Below are positions 28,345 to 38,623 of a stretch of DNA of 64,000 nt, piece by piece. The notes beneath the pieces are model-generated. The model was not told the DNA's origin, made no database searches, and saw nothing but the letters and a program-made list of their open reading frames with translations. How positions within the stretch are numbered: position 1 is the stretch's first letter; every line of letters begins with the position of its first letter. Source of the stretch: a bacterium (GTDB lineage: Bacteria; Patescibacteriota; UBA1384; VFKW01); the NCBI GenBank assembly GCA_030647355.1, contig JAUSIS010000004.1:68066-132065 (forward strand), given 5' to 3'. Made by a program: the position numbers and the translations under genes.

Positions 28345-29505
28345 TCAATCCATATTAATAGCTATCAGTTGAGGTTTTGGTTTATTGGTGGAAAAAATTA
28401 TCTTATCTTTTTCAATCAGCAGAAAAATTGGTTGGTCAATCATAGAAGGTTTATATAGATAGTCTTTAATATTTGTAGTGCTATTATATTTAGTTATCTT
28501 TGGAATAAAGTTAGTTTTTGATAAATAGATTAAATTATTGCCACCCCAGGCAAACATATCTTGGCTGATTTGCCCTAAATCCTTTCTGGTATCATCAGTG
28601 GTAGATACGACAGTTAGGCGAGGATAATCGTCTTTGGTCTGGGTAAATGCCAACCAATTATTATCCGACCATTTTGCTCGGGAGATCTTGTCGTTGAGTT
28701 TTTTTAATGTTGCATTATCGGTCAACTGAATTATCTCCAACTCGTTGCCGCCGATTGCAAGCAACTTCTTATCAGGAGAGATAGCTAAAGCACTAGGCGA
28801 AACAACATCTTTGATTTTCACTGGGTTTGTAAAATCTATCGGACTTTTATATAGCGAGGTGGCGCTGGTATAATAAATCTCATCCTCCCCAGTAAATGTC
28901 AAAGTAGTAATCCCATTGGCTGAATATATCTTTTTAGTTAAGAGATCGAGAGTCAAAGTGTTATCAGGACTAATGAAGCTAACCTTGGTTGCACTGGGAG
29001 ACCAAATAATTTGTAGTTGTTCTTTTTTCGCTTTAATATCCAGCTCGGGCGAGATGGTTTCGGCTGGTATTTGGTCAATTTGGTCTTTGGAATAGTAGGC
29101 GGGTATTTTTTGAATCACTTTCCGGCTAGAATTATAGTAGTAAATATAATCGCCTTGCAGGGAAAATGCAGGAGTGGAAAAATTATTTTTATCTATATAG
29201 TTCACTAGATAATAATCTTTCAGTTCTGGCTGAGACGAGAGTGTTTGGAATGCTTTTATATGATAATTTCCATTTTGGGTTAGAAACCCATCTTTATAAA
29301 TTTTTGCTTGATAATATCCAGGTTTCAATTTTATTCTGGCGGGAAAAGAAGAGTAAACCTTTTGATTTAAATAGACTTTTGCCCCGGCAGTCTGGGGGGA
29401 GATAATAAGTAAGCCCTTGTAAATAAAAAAATAGAAAAGAAGCAAGATTACAAGAATCAATAGGATAATGGAACCTAATATTACTACGAGTCTTTTTCTA
29501 TCCAA
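28345..29505 (-). CDS. PEGA-domain protein with TolB-like beta-propeller
   Basis: Likely TTG start 29505 after aggagggg; TM, GAKVYLN...LKPGYY...KDGF (PEGA), WSPS/ISPD repeats. Confidence 0.7.
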   Translation of the reverse strand: MDRKRLVVILGSIILLILVILLLFYFFIYKGLLIISPQTAGAKVYLNQKVYSSFPARIKLKPGYYQAKIYKDGFLTQNGNYHIKAFQTLSSQPELKDYYLVNYIDKNNFSTPAFSLQGDYIYYYNSSRKVIQKIPAYYSKDQIDQIPAETISPELDIKAKKEQLQIIWSPSATKVSFISPDNTLTLDLLTKKIYSANGITTLTFTGEDEIYYTSATSLYKSPIDFTNPVKIKDVVSPSALAISPDKKLLAIGGNELEIIQLTDNATLKKLNDKISRAKWSDNNWLAFTQTKDDYPRLTVVSTTDDTRKDLGQISQDMFAWGGNNLIYLSKTNFIPKITKYNSTTNIKDYLYKPSMIDQPIFLLIEKDKIIFSTNKPKPQLIAINMD

Positions 29506-29616
29506 GTACCCCTCCTGAAGAGCTTTGATATATCTAATATATAATAAATGACACACAATGTAAAATACAGGGCTATAAGTCTGGAAAATAAGGGGGAAAT
29601 CTGTTAAAATAATTCT

Positions 29617-31353
29617 ATGGAAAATATCAGAAATTTCGTTATTATTGCCCATATTGATCATGGTAAGTCAACTTTAGCCGATCGCCTACTGGAAGCGACC
29701 GGTTGTATTCCTTATGGGCAAAATAAAACCCAGGTTTTGGATACGATGGATTTAGAACGGGAGCGAGGAATTACCATCAAACTCCAACCTGCCCATATGG
29801 CCTATAAATTGAATGGAAAACAGTATTCTTTGAACCTAATTGACACTCCCGGGCATGTTGATTTCGCTTATGAAGTAAATAGATCACTGGCTGCCTGCGA
29901 AGGGGCTTTACTGGTTGTTGATGCCTCCCAGGGGATTCAGGCACAGACAATTGCCAATCTTAATCTTGCGCGAAAATATAATCTTAAGATAATTCCAGTA
30001 ATAAACAAGATTGATTTGCCGAATGCCGAGCCGGAAAGGGTGACAAGAGAAATATGCAATCTACTAAAAGTTAACGCATCTGAGATTATCCTGGCCAGTG
30101 CGAAGACTGGAGAAGGAGTAGATTTAATCCTGAAAGCTATTATTGATCGCATCCCAGCGCCAGCGACAGATTCTCTGAAACCTCTGCGGGCATTAGTATT
30201 TGATTCTTTTTATGATTCCTATCGGGGGGTGGTGGCATATGTTAGAATTGTTGATGGCTCATTAAATAGTCGAGAGAAAATCAAGCTGATGGCTTCCGGT
30301 ACTGTAGCGGAATCGGAAGAGATCGGTACTGTTTGTCTGGGATATAAAAAGAAAGGGGATTTGAGTTCGGGTGAAATCGGATATATAGTCACTGGTCTTA
30401 AAGATGTAGGTATGTGTAGAGTCGGGGATACTATCACTTCGGTATCCCATTTTGCATCTGAATCATTATCCGGCTACTTAGAACCCCAACCGATGGTATA
30501 TGCCGCTATTTTTACTCAAAATGGCGAGGCGGCTAATCTTCGCGATGCTCTTAGTAAACTAAAGCTGAACGATGCTTCTTTGGTGTACGAGCCGACAAAT
30601 TCAGATGCATTCGGTTATGGATTTAGAGGCGGATTTTTGGGACTTCTACACATGGAAATTGTCAAAGAAAGGCTGGAGCGAGAGTATAATCTAGATCTAA
30701 TCGTCACGACACCTTCGGTAGCTTATAAAACTAGTAAGATCGGTTCTACTTTACAATATGAAGAGCCATGGGTTGAATTGGAAATTATTACTCCACAGCA
30801 ATATGTCGGCTCGGTTATGGAATTGGCTCAGAGTCGGCGAGGGATATATAAAACTATGGAATATCTTGCTGATCGCGTAATAGTTTGTTATGAAGCCCCA
30901 CTGGCAGGATTAATAATTGATTTCTATGATCAATTGAAATCAGTATCACAAGGATATGCATCACTGGCTTATCTGTTAACCGGTTATCGAGTGGGTGATT
31001 TGGTTAAAATGGATATGATGATTGCAGGAGATAAGATAGATGTTCTATCCCAGATTGTTCCGAGAGGCGAGTTGATGGCAAGAGCGCAAAGCCTCACAAA
31101 AAAGTTGAAAGAATTAATCCCCCATCAAATGTTTGAGATATCTATTCAAGCGGTGATTAATGGAAAGGTTATTGCTCGGGAGAGTATTCCAGCAATGCGC
31201 AAAGATGTCACTGCCAAACTTTATGGCGGTGATGTTACAAGAAAAAATAAGTTACTTGATAAGCAGAAAAAAGGAAAAAAGAAGATGAAGAGGCTGGGAC
31301 GGATTGATATACCTTCGGAAGTTTTTATTAATTTACTGAAAACTACCGATTAA
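29617..31353 (+). CDS. lepA: Translation elongation factor 4 (LepA)
   Basis: AHIDHGKSTLADR, GITIK, DTPGH, NKID, RKDVTAKLYGGDVTRK. Confidence 0.97.
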   Translation: MENIRNFVIIAHIDHGKSTLADRLLEATGCIPYGQNKTQVLDTMDLERERGITIKLQPAHMAYKLNGKQYSLNLIDTPGHVDFAYEVNRSLAACEGALLVVDASQGIQAQTIANLNLARKYNLKIIPVINKIDLPNAEPERVTREICNLLKVNASEIILASAKTGEGVDLILKAIIDRIPAPATDSLKPLRALVFDSFYDSYRGVVAYVRIVDGSLNSREKIKLMASGTVAESEEIGTVCLGYKKKGDLSSGEIGYIVTGLKDVGMCRVGDTITSVSHFASESLSGYLEPQPMVYAAIFTQNGEAANLRDALSKLKLNDASLVYEPTNSDAFGYGFRGGFLGLLHMEIVKERLEREYNLDLIVTTPSVAYKTSKIGSTLQYEEPWVELEIITPQQYVGSVMELAQSRRGIYKTMEYLADRVIVCYEAPLAGLIIDFYDQLKSVSQGYASLAYLLTGYRVGDLVKMDMMIAGDKIDVLSQIVPRGELMARAQSLTKKLKELIPHQMFEISIQAVINGKVIARESIPAMRKDVTAKLYGGDVTRKNKLLDKQKKGKKKMKRLGRIDIPSEVFINLLKTTD

Positions 31354-31400
31354 GTTGGAGGGAAGAACGTTGTAATGTATAATCTGCATGTGAGAATTAA

Positions 31401-31916
31401 ATGAATATCCATAGACCATTTTCATTTTATATTGCACTCCTGGCAACTCTAGCCACTACCGCGAAAGTTTATGCTGTCTGTCCATTGTGTACTGTAGCGG
31501 TAGCGGGCGGTGTTGTTTTGGCGGAAAAATACGGGGTTGATAATACTATTACAGGAGTTTGGATTGGCGGTTTGACAGTTTCTCTGATTGCTTGGACTAT
31601 TAATTGGCTAAACGGACGTAAAATACATTTTCCAGCGATGGAGAGTTTAGTTTCGTTGGCTTATTTTTTAATAATCCCCGTGCCTTTGTTTTGGAAGGAT
31701 TTAATCGGAAATCCGGATAAAACATTATGGGGAATTGATAAGTTGCTTTTAGGAATGATTGTTGGATCGGTTGTTTTTTATCTTACAGTTCAAGCGTATG
31801 AATATTTAAAGGCAAAAAATAAAGGCAAGGCATATTTTCCTTTCCAAAGGGTAGTGATGCCAATAGGGGTTTTGGCATTGTTTAGCATTGCCTTTTATTT
31901 TTTGACGAAAGGATAA
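31401..31916 (+). CDS. Membrane protein with N-terminal CPLC motif
   Basis: AVCPLCTVAV followed by several TMs. Confidence 0.7.
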   Translation: MNIHRPFSFYIALLATLATTAKVYAVCPLCTVAVAGGVVLAEKYGVDNTITGVWIGGLTVSLIAWTINWLNGRKIHFPAMESLVSLAYFLIIPVPLFWKDLIGNPDKTLWGIDKLLLGMIVGSVVFYLTVQAYEYLKAKNKGKAYFPFQRVVMPIGVLALFSIAFYFLTKG

Positions 31917-31917
31917 T

Positions 31918-32439
31918 ATGAAAAAAGTAGACTTGGAAAAATTCATTAAGAAAATCGAAGCCAGTAAGGATGGGAAGTTAGACCTCTCTTCGGATGAGGA
32001 TTTATCAATTGCAATTATGAATTTAGTTTCAATTGAGGAGCATTTTTTCTTTACTGGAGCAAAAACGGGCAAGTCTGATTACTTTGATTTGCTTAGTCAG
32101 ACTCGGCAAATACGTACTGAATTGTTAAAAAAAATCATCACTGACTATGAGGGAGAGGTGTGGTGTATTTCTAAGCATCTGCTGGCGGCCTCAATGCGGC
32201 TTATGGAAGTGGGAACCAAACAGCAGGCAAAGGGCAATAAGAAAGAAGCTCAAGAGATGTTTGAGAAGGCATTTAATTTATATTCTTTATTTTGGGGAAT
32301 TAATTTGAAAGTATTGGATGTATCCGATATTAAAAAAATTGATGATAATCAGCTAAATAAAAAAGATACGAAAAAAAATAGTTATATGGCGCGATTAGGC
32401 GAGCTGGTTAAGAGAGCGATAGATTGCTGTATTGAGTAG
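31918..32439 (+). CDS. Hypothetical helical protein ending DCCIE
   Basis: Starts 1 nt after the previous ORF; WCISKHL motif. Confidence 0.7.
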   Translation: MKKVDLEKFIKKIEASKDGKLDLSSDEDLSIAIMNLVSIEEHFFFTGAKTGKSDYFDLLSQTRQIRTELLKKIITDYEGEVWCISKHLLAASMRLMEVGTKQQAKGNKKEAQEMFEKAFNLYSLFWGINLKVLDVSDIKKIDDNQLNKKDTKKNSYMARLGELVKRAIDCCIE

Positions 32440-32445
32440 TGTATT

Positions 32446-34095
32446 CTACAGTATTTGGTACAACGGGTAAAATAGAATAATAATAATTACTATAAAGATA
32501 ACGGAAAAGAGCGGTAGAAAGAGGAGTTTTCGATTATCGGCAGAGCGGATATTATTTGACGAATATCCTCTTTTTATAAATTCATCGAATAGCTCTTGAT
32601 CTTCCGGTTTGATAATTTTTGTCCGCCAGAAAATTGCAGCAATAGCCAGTCCTATAATACTGAAAGAATTGAACAAACCTAACACTCCAAACATTAGATA
32701 ATCTTTTAAGTTCACCACTTGTCGGTGGAATACTATTTTTCCGCTTACCAAACCTGAAATAAAGGAAGCTATTAGAAGCAGCAGAATACCTACCAGCCAG
32801 AAAAAACGATAGATGAAGAAAGCAAAATTAGTTTTTGCTGGTACACCTTGATCAATCCACAGATCCTGGGTTAGTAGTTTGGAGGGAGCATTGATTTTTA
32901 TCAATGTATAGTCAATGGAGGACTTATTTTCGCCTGAGAAGTTAGCTATTTCACTATCTGGATAGGTTTGTCTAAAATATTCTGTTGTTGTGTAGTTTTC
33001 AATATCAGCATAAACATCGGGTTTAACTTTGCCAATGATTCGGATTTCAGCAGGCACATATTTACTTTCATAAATACTGGTTGGCACTAGAGGAAAGTAA
33101 ATCCTATTGGTTGGGAAACTAATCGAAACAGCGGGGGTTTGTTTAGTTTCATAGGGATATAATGAACCTGATGGTTTGGTGATTTCTGATACAATTTTCT
33201 CATCTTTTTTAATCTCTTCTATTAAAGCGTTTTTCTTTTCTAAATGAGAATCTAGGTATTCATCATATACTTGCGCTTTGTAATAACCATCCGAGCTAAA
33301 AGGGGGTTGTGTAAAATCCGACTGTTGGGACAGATAAGAGGCGATCTTTTCCAGAAGTAGAGGATGGGTATAGTAATTAGAGAATATTAGATTGACTGCA
33401 TTAATGATATTGGTTTTTTGGGCAGATTCGCTGGGAGGATCTATCCACGAGACAACAAAGGAGTATTCCTTGCCGATATAATTACCTAAAGTAGGAATGG
33501 TTTTGTCTTCGACATTAATCCCCTTCTCTTTCAGATATTTATAGAGACCGACAGCACTTTTAGCAGTTAAGACTTCCGAAGTCACTCCATTTTTCTCCAA
33601 ATGTTCGTAAACATCAACTTTATTGGCTGAGCTACTGGTAGTACCTGCATCGAGCATTATTCCTTTTCGAGGCCCGACTTCACCAGCCATGGGACTAGTT
33701 AACCATCCTAAAAATGGGATCGGATAAATTTGCGTGCCGGCAAGAAATAAGGCGGTATTACGCAGATTGCTCTTTGCCTGTTCCACAACATCTTCACCGC
33801 TCAATGATGGCATGTTGGATGCAACATCTATAACCACTTTTTGGGGATTAGCCGGAACAGGAAAAATCCAGACCCCACCTTTATCCAGATTGCCTTCATT
33901 GACATCAATTGCTAGAAGCATTTTTTGAATATTATTTTTGTAATCAATAAGGACATATTGACCTTTTTCCTCCCCATATCGCCAGTCGTCGCCATATGGC
34001 CGGATGATCATGCCATCAGCAGAAGCCGACCTGGGGAAAAATCCTAACAGTATCGTTGCTAAAAAGAAAATGGTCAATACTTTTTTATAAATCAT
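32446..34095 (-). CDS. DUF2330-like exported/membrane protein
   Basis: Signal peptide, ADG start, WIFPVPA motif, C-terminal TMs; RBS aaggagg. Confidence 0.6.
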   Translation of the reverse strand: MIYKKVLTIFFLATILLGFFPRSASADGMIIRPYGDDWRYGEEKGQYVLIDYKNNIQKMLLAIDVNEGNLDKGGVWIFPVPANPQKVVIDVASNMPSLSGEDVVEQAKSNLRNTALFLAGTQIYPIPFLGWLTSPMAGEVGPRKGIMLDAGTTSSSANKVDVYEHLEKNGVTSEVLTAKSAVGLYKYLKEKGINVEDKTIPTLGNYIGKEYSFVVSWIDPPSESAQKTNIINAVNLIFSNYYTHPLLLEKIASYLSQQSDFTQPPFSSDGYYKAQVYDEYLDSHLEKKNALIEEIKKDEKIVSEITKPSGSLYPYETKQTPAVSISFPTNRIYFPLVPTSIYESKYVPAEIRIIGKVKPDVYADIENYTTTEYFRQTYPDSEIANFSGENKSSIDYTLIKINAPSKLLTQDLWIDQGVPAKTNFAFFIYRFFWLVGILLLLIASFISGLVSGKIVFHRQVVNLKDYLMFGVLGLFNSFSIIGLAIAAIFWRTKIIKPEDQELFDEFIKRGYSSNNIRSADNRKLLFLPLFSVIFIVIIIILFYPLYQIL

Positions 34096-34146
34096 AGTTC
34101 CTCCTTTTGCTATTTATTATATAATTACCTAACCCTATAAAGCAAA

Positions 34147-35094
34147 TTAAGATGACAAAGTAGTGATGGGCCTGGATTGCAGAATATAGTATTTGCCTTT
34201 TTCGAAAGCCCATTCGATGTCTTGGGGGAATTTATAATGTTCTTCAATTTTTTTAAAAATCTTAGCCAGCTCAATAATATGGTGATCAGATATTTTTTGT
34301 TTTTCTTGCTTTTCGGTTTCGACTGTTACTTCTTTGGTGCCCGACTTGCCAACTTTAACTATCATCATTTCTTGAGAAGAAACATATTTTTCGATGAAAT
34401 CTAGTTTTTCTTTGTCAATAATATAAGTGTCGGGAGTTATTTTGCCACCAACAATTGCTTCGCCTAAGCCATAGCCGGCTTCTATGACCATTTGATTTTT
34501 GTCCTCGGTGACCGGGTGGACAGTAAAGCAAATGCCGGATACTTCCGATTGAATCATTTTCTGGATGACTACTGCTACAGAAACGGCAGTGGTATTTAAG
34601 CCCTTTTCAAATCGGTAGAAGATTGCTCGAGGAGTAAATAACGAAGACCAGCAGAGTTTGACTTTTCCCAATAAATCGTCTTTAGTGGTATTTAAGTAAC
34701 TTTCTAATTCCCCTGCCCATGAGGCATCAGCGGCATCTTCGGCTGTCGCAGAGGATCGGACAGCGACATACTGGGCGTCAAGGGATTTGAAGGCTTCTTC
34801 CACCTCCCCTTGGATGTCTTTGGGGAATTCGGTATTGAGAATCATGGCCCTAATTTTCGCCGAAGCGCCATCCACAGAATTCACGTCCTTATGGTCTACT
34901 TTAGATAGAATTGCATCAATATCGGCTTTGAGCAAGCATTCTTCAAGAAATTTATCAAAACCGCTCGCCAATACTACAAAGCCGGGGGGAACTGGAATTC
35001 CCGCTTGTGTCATTTCGCCTAAACTAGCTCCCTTGCCGCCAGCAATATCCGTGTTTTCTTTGGTAAGATGGGAAAAGTGTTTGATAAATTCCAT
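34147..35094 (-). CDS. Stand-alone PEP/pyruvate-binding (PPDK_N ATP-grasp) domain protein
   Basis: GGKGASLGEM, VAVRSSATAED, GLGEAIVGG, PQDIEWA, ILQSRPIT; ends where the domain ends. Confidence 0.92.
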   Translation of the reverse strand: MEFIKHFSHLTKENTDIAGGKGASLGEMTQAGIPVPPGFVVLASGFDKFLEECLLKADIDAILSKVDHKDVNSVDGASAKIRAMILNTEFPKDIQGEVEEAFKSLDAQYVAVRSSATAEDAADASWAGELESYLNTTKDDLLGKVKLCWSSLFTPRAIFYRFEKGLNTTAVSVAVVIQKMIQSEVSGICFTVHPVTEDKNQMVIEAGYGLGEAIVGGKITPDTYIIDKEKLDFIEKYVSSQEMMIVKVGKSGTKEVTVETEKQEKQKISDHHIIELAKIFKKIEEHYKFPQDIEWAFEKGKYYILQSRPITTLSS

Positions 35095-35106
35095 TGAGGC
35101 TTCTTT

Positions 35107-36399
35107 CTAAGACCTATTGATTATTTTTACTACGCCTTTATTAGCATCAACTTCTACCAGATCCCCGTCTTTAAGAACCTTGGTGGCGATTTTTGTTCCC
35201 ACAATGCAAGGCTTATGCATTTCCCTAGCTACAATTGCGGCGTGGCAGGTTATGCCTCCTTCATCGGTTACAAATGATGCCGCCCTGTTCATAGCTGAAA
35301 TAAAGGAGGGGAATGTCATTTGCGTTACTAGTATATCTCCAACCTCTACTTTATTTAGCTCCGGAACATCTCTAACTATCTTGACGACTCCCCTCTTAGT
35401 GCCAGGATATGCTATTGCTCCTCTTACTTCTTCCTTTTCAGAAACTGTTTCATCTTCAATAATGGGATCGTTTTGAAATAGCACATCGCCATCTAAATAC
35501 ACAAAAGTGGAAAATGGCTCGTACCTTTCTGTATGTCCAACAAGAAAACTCTTCGCTCGGAAATAAATCATCTCCTGTAATTCGATATTATTCCTAGTCG
35601 CCATTTCTTGGATGATGGGTCTTGCTAGGAAAAGCAGCCAATAAAAAACATCCGTTCTTTCAGTTCTAAAGAAAACTAACTCTTGAACCTCGTTGAACAA
35701 ATCTTGTAGTTCTTTCGGGATTTCTATATTGGCTCGGTCTTGTTCTGGAGCAAGTTCAGTTCTCATTTTTTTGATTTCTTCGGCGGTAAATGGGCTAGTA
35801 AACGCAAATCTTGGTTTTAACCAACCATACTGGCTAGCAATCTCTTCATCAGAAGCATTACTTCTCATTAATTCCTTAAATTTAGCATAGGCATTTTTCT
35901 TTTTAGGGAAACCAGCGTCGCCGACAAATTTATCAATATCGCCCTTTATATACTTAGGTACTTCTTGTTTAATTACTCTGTTATAATAAGATTCAACTCC
36001 ATGTGCAAGCCAAATATAAGTACAGACTGTTTTTAATATTTCATATATAGTTGCAAATTTATGATCGATTTTGTCAGATGAAATTAATAATGATTTAATT
36101 TTTTTACCGCTGACCTCTCTAAAATTCTCTAAATCATTACTTATATCAGTCATTCTGTGATTGCGTAGATATTTTTCAACTTGGGCGTCCATTTCCTCCA
36201 TTAATTCATTATTCAAATACCAACTGCCTTTTTGAGCAAATTGAGTGCGAAGTTCAACCCCATCAATTCCAATTTTCTCAAAGCTCTCCGGCCTACTAGA
36301 ATCTTCAAATAGGGAAAAAACGAAAGCGTGAAACGGCCGCTCTAGCCACCTTTCCCATTTCATACCCTGAACTTTAGTTATAATCCCTTTGGAATCCAT
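35107..36399 (-). CDS. PEP-utilizing mobile (His-swivel) domain protein 1
   Basis: C-terminal TDEGGITCHAAIVAREMHKPCIVGT. Confidence 0.9.
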   Translation of the reverse strand: MDSKGIITKVQGMKWERWLERPFHAFVFSLFEDSSRPESFEKIGIDGVELRTQFAQKGSWYLNNELMEEMDAQVEKYLRNHRMTDISNDLENFREVSGKKIKSLLISSDKIDHKFATIYEILKTVCTYIWLAHGVESYYNRVIKQEVPKYIKGDIDKFVGDAGFPKKKNAYAKFKELMRSNASDEEIASQYGWLKPRFAFTSPFTAEEIKKMRTELAPEQDRANIEIPKELQDLFNEVQELVFFRTERTDVFYWLLFLARPIIQEMATRNNIELQEMIYFRAKSFLVGHTERYEPFSTFVYLDGDVLFQNDPIIEDETVSEKEEVRGAIAYPGTKRGVVKIVRDVPELNKVEVGDILVTQMTFPSFISAMNRAASFVTDEGGITCHAAIVAREMHKPCIVGTKIATKVLKDGDLVEVDANKGVVKIINRS

Positions 36400-36425
36400 C
36401 TGTACTCTTTAATCGCTGATTATTT

Positions 36426-37550
36426 CTATTCTTTATTTATTTCTGCTTTTAGATCTTCACTCTGTTTAATGATGTCTTTCAGAATATCTTCAGTAACAAT
36501 AATTTCACTGCCATCTTCAAATGCTAACCTTTCAGGTAAAGTCATTTTAATAATTTTCTCTTTACCATCATCAGTAATGGTAAATTTGAAACCTTCCGCT
36601 TCTTTGAAACCAGCTTTGACCTTTTCGCATAGTTCGTCGCGGGCTTCAGCGCCTTTTGTCATTCCTACAACTTTCAGCATGAACGATTCCCCCACCGAAG
36701 CGTGAGTTCCAAAAATTCTGCGGAAATTATAAGAACCATCCTTACTAATTGATGAATATTGCTCAGGATTGCTTTTAACAAACCGGTTTAGCTCGCTGCT
36801 CGTTTCAGTATAGCCAAGCAAGATATCAGCTACATTAGCAGCAAGCATAGAATAACTCATCGCGTCTTTGTCGTGCTCATCAAGAGCCATTTGATCACTT
36901 TCATTAACAAACCACGGCATTAAATTGCCAGCGGCAAAGACCTCATTTTCTTTCTTAGCAACCGGACCGGCATCGGCTTGAAAATCCAAACGATCATCAC
37001 TTTCAATCCAATCAATTCCCTCGAAATCGTAACGTATAGTAAATTTCTCCTCAAGTCCTTCAAGAGAAAGTCCATCTATTTTCCCTGCCAAAGTTTTTTC
37101 AGCTTCATTTAATTCTTCCTTAGCCAATAATTTAGTAAGCAGCGCATCAATCTCTTCCGTGCTGGCGCCTAATTCCTGCATTATTTCTTGTGAAAGGGCG
37201 GTAATCCCAGCGGTTTCCCGAGCCCTAACACGCGGAGAGCCTTTTGCCATTACCTCAGTCATCTCTCCCATTTTAATGGCTTTATCAAGAGCCTGAGTTT
37301 TACCCAGAGTATTTAGATGGACTTTGTAATCCTCCGGACCGCGGACTTGCGATTCTTTTTTACCATGGCGTGTCAAATCTATCTCCACTACCGTTGTTAT
37401 ACCTTCAGATTCTCCTGCTTCAGTGTTTGTTTCATTTTCATGTAGCTCTGGCCAGCCAGTGGATCGGCCGGCTTCTGTATCTTCTTCGGTCTCATGTTCT
37501 TCACTTTGTTCAAATCTAGGGAATATTTCCTCAGGCATCATTACCTCCAA
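36426..37550 (-). CDS. Histidine phosphatase superfamily-like acidic protein
   Basis: LTRHG, SPRVRARETA, IFGTH motifs. Confidence 0.65.
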   Translation of the reverse strand: MEVMMPEEIFPRFEQSEEHETEEDTEAGRSTGWPELHENETNTEAGESEGITTVVEIDLTRHGKKESQVRGPEDYKVHLNTLGKTQALDKAIKMGEMTEVMAKGSPRVRARETAGITALSQEIMQELGASTEEIDALLTKLLAKEELNEAEKTLAGKIDGLSLEGLEEKFTIRYDFEGIDWIESDDRLDFQADAGPVAKKENEVFAAGNLMPWFVNESDQMALDEHDKDAMSYSMLAANVADILLGYTETSSELNRFVKSNPEQYSSISKDGSYNFRRIFGTHASVGESFMLKVVGMTKGAEARDELCEKVKAGFKEAEGFKFTITDDGKEKIIKMTLPERLAFEDGSEIIVTEDILKDIIKQSEDLKAEINKE

Positions 37551-37555
37551 AATAA

Positions 37556-38623
37556 TTATTTAACTATTTTTACTATACCATCATTAGCATTAACTTCCAC
37601 CGTATCACCGTCTTTTAATACTTGAGTCGCAATTTGGGTACCGACAATACAGGGTTTTTTCATTTCGCGGGCAGTTATTGAAGCATGTGACAATAATCCG
37701 CCGGAATCAGTAATAAATGCGGCGGATTTGCTCATGAGTGGTAGGAATTCCGGTCGCGTCATACCGGTAACTAAAATATCGCCGGTTTGAAAATCTCTAA
37801 TTTCACCGGGATCATTCACAATTCTAACCCGGCCTTTTGCAAAACCCTTATAAGCGATTATTCCTTTAATGATATCCTCGCTTTCCGGTTTAGTTATTTG
37901 GTCAAGCATTTTTTGGGCTTTTTCTTTGGTGAAAATTTCACATTCACCATTTTGATACCATAGCAAAGTTAGCGAAACTCTTTCTTCGAGAATTTGTTTT
38001 TCCGGCAGGTGATTGATTTGCAAATAATTTTCCAGTTCAGAATAAGTCAGGCAATTAATAATCTTATTTGAGTAATCCTTTTCTTTGGCAATAACATATA
38101 AAAATTTCTGGACCAATTGCTCAAATTCCATATAGACGCTCTCCGTGTATAAACGAGCCCTCTCAAAGTCGTCTAATAACTTTTCTAATAACCCTGCTGG
38201 TAAATAATCTATTGAGCGTTTAATGGCAAAATTCACAGCCACATGATCAAAAAATGCTCCTTTCAATTCAATAAAGTCATTATAGTCAATGTTCTCTTGA
38301 GGAGCTAATTTTATCATCAAAGCATTTATTCGATCGGTTTCGGAAATCAATTGATCAGACCATTTTGTAGCAACCAGATTGTCATCAATAATCTGCCTAG
38401 CTAAGTAATGTCCATAATCATTGAGGTCTTTTTCGAGAAAGAAATTCGTGCTAACACCATCCTCGTATGTTAGGATACTGATATTTATTTTTTTTCCTAG
38501 TTTTTGTTCAAACACTTGAGAATAAAGTTTGCCGTCGAGAGAATCGAAGACTAAGCCGACATTAACAACCCAATTCTTGACCCAAATTCCTTTTGGTATG
38601 TCCATTTTTTCTCCAGCCAACAT
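37556..38623 (-). CDS. PEP-utilizing mobile domain protein 2
   Basis: TDSGGLLSHASITAREMKKPCIVGT. Confidence 0.9.
   Translation of the reverse strand: MLAGEKMDIPKGIWVKNWVVNVGLVFDSLDGKLYSQVFEQKLGKKINISILTYEDGVSTNFFLEKDLNDYGHYLARQIIDDNLVATKWSDQLISETDRINALMIKLAPQENIDYNDFIELKGAFFDHVAVNFAIKRSIDYLPAGLLEKLLDDFERARLYTESVYMEFEQLVQKFLYVIAKEKDYSNKIINCLTYSELENYLQINHLPEKQILEERVSLTLLWYQNGECEIFTKEKAQKMLDQITKPESEDIIKGIIAYKGFAKGRVRIVNDPGEIRDFQTGDILVTGMTRPEFLPLMSKSAAFITDSGGLLSHASITAREMKKPCIVGTQIATQVLKDGDTVEVNANDGIVKIVK

Noticed and set aside
29506-29661. N-terminal extension of the PEGA protein overlapping lepA
   Set aside because: A strong RBS precedes TTG at 29505, and the extension covers the divergent promoter region.
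34147-36399. Frameshifted ppsA pseudogene
   Set aside because: Domain order is wrong, there are four His-domain paralogs, no pyruvate-binding barrel is present, and the ATP-grasp ORF ends cleanly at its domain boundary.
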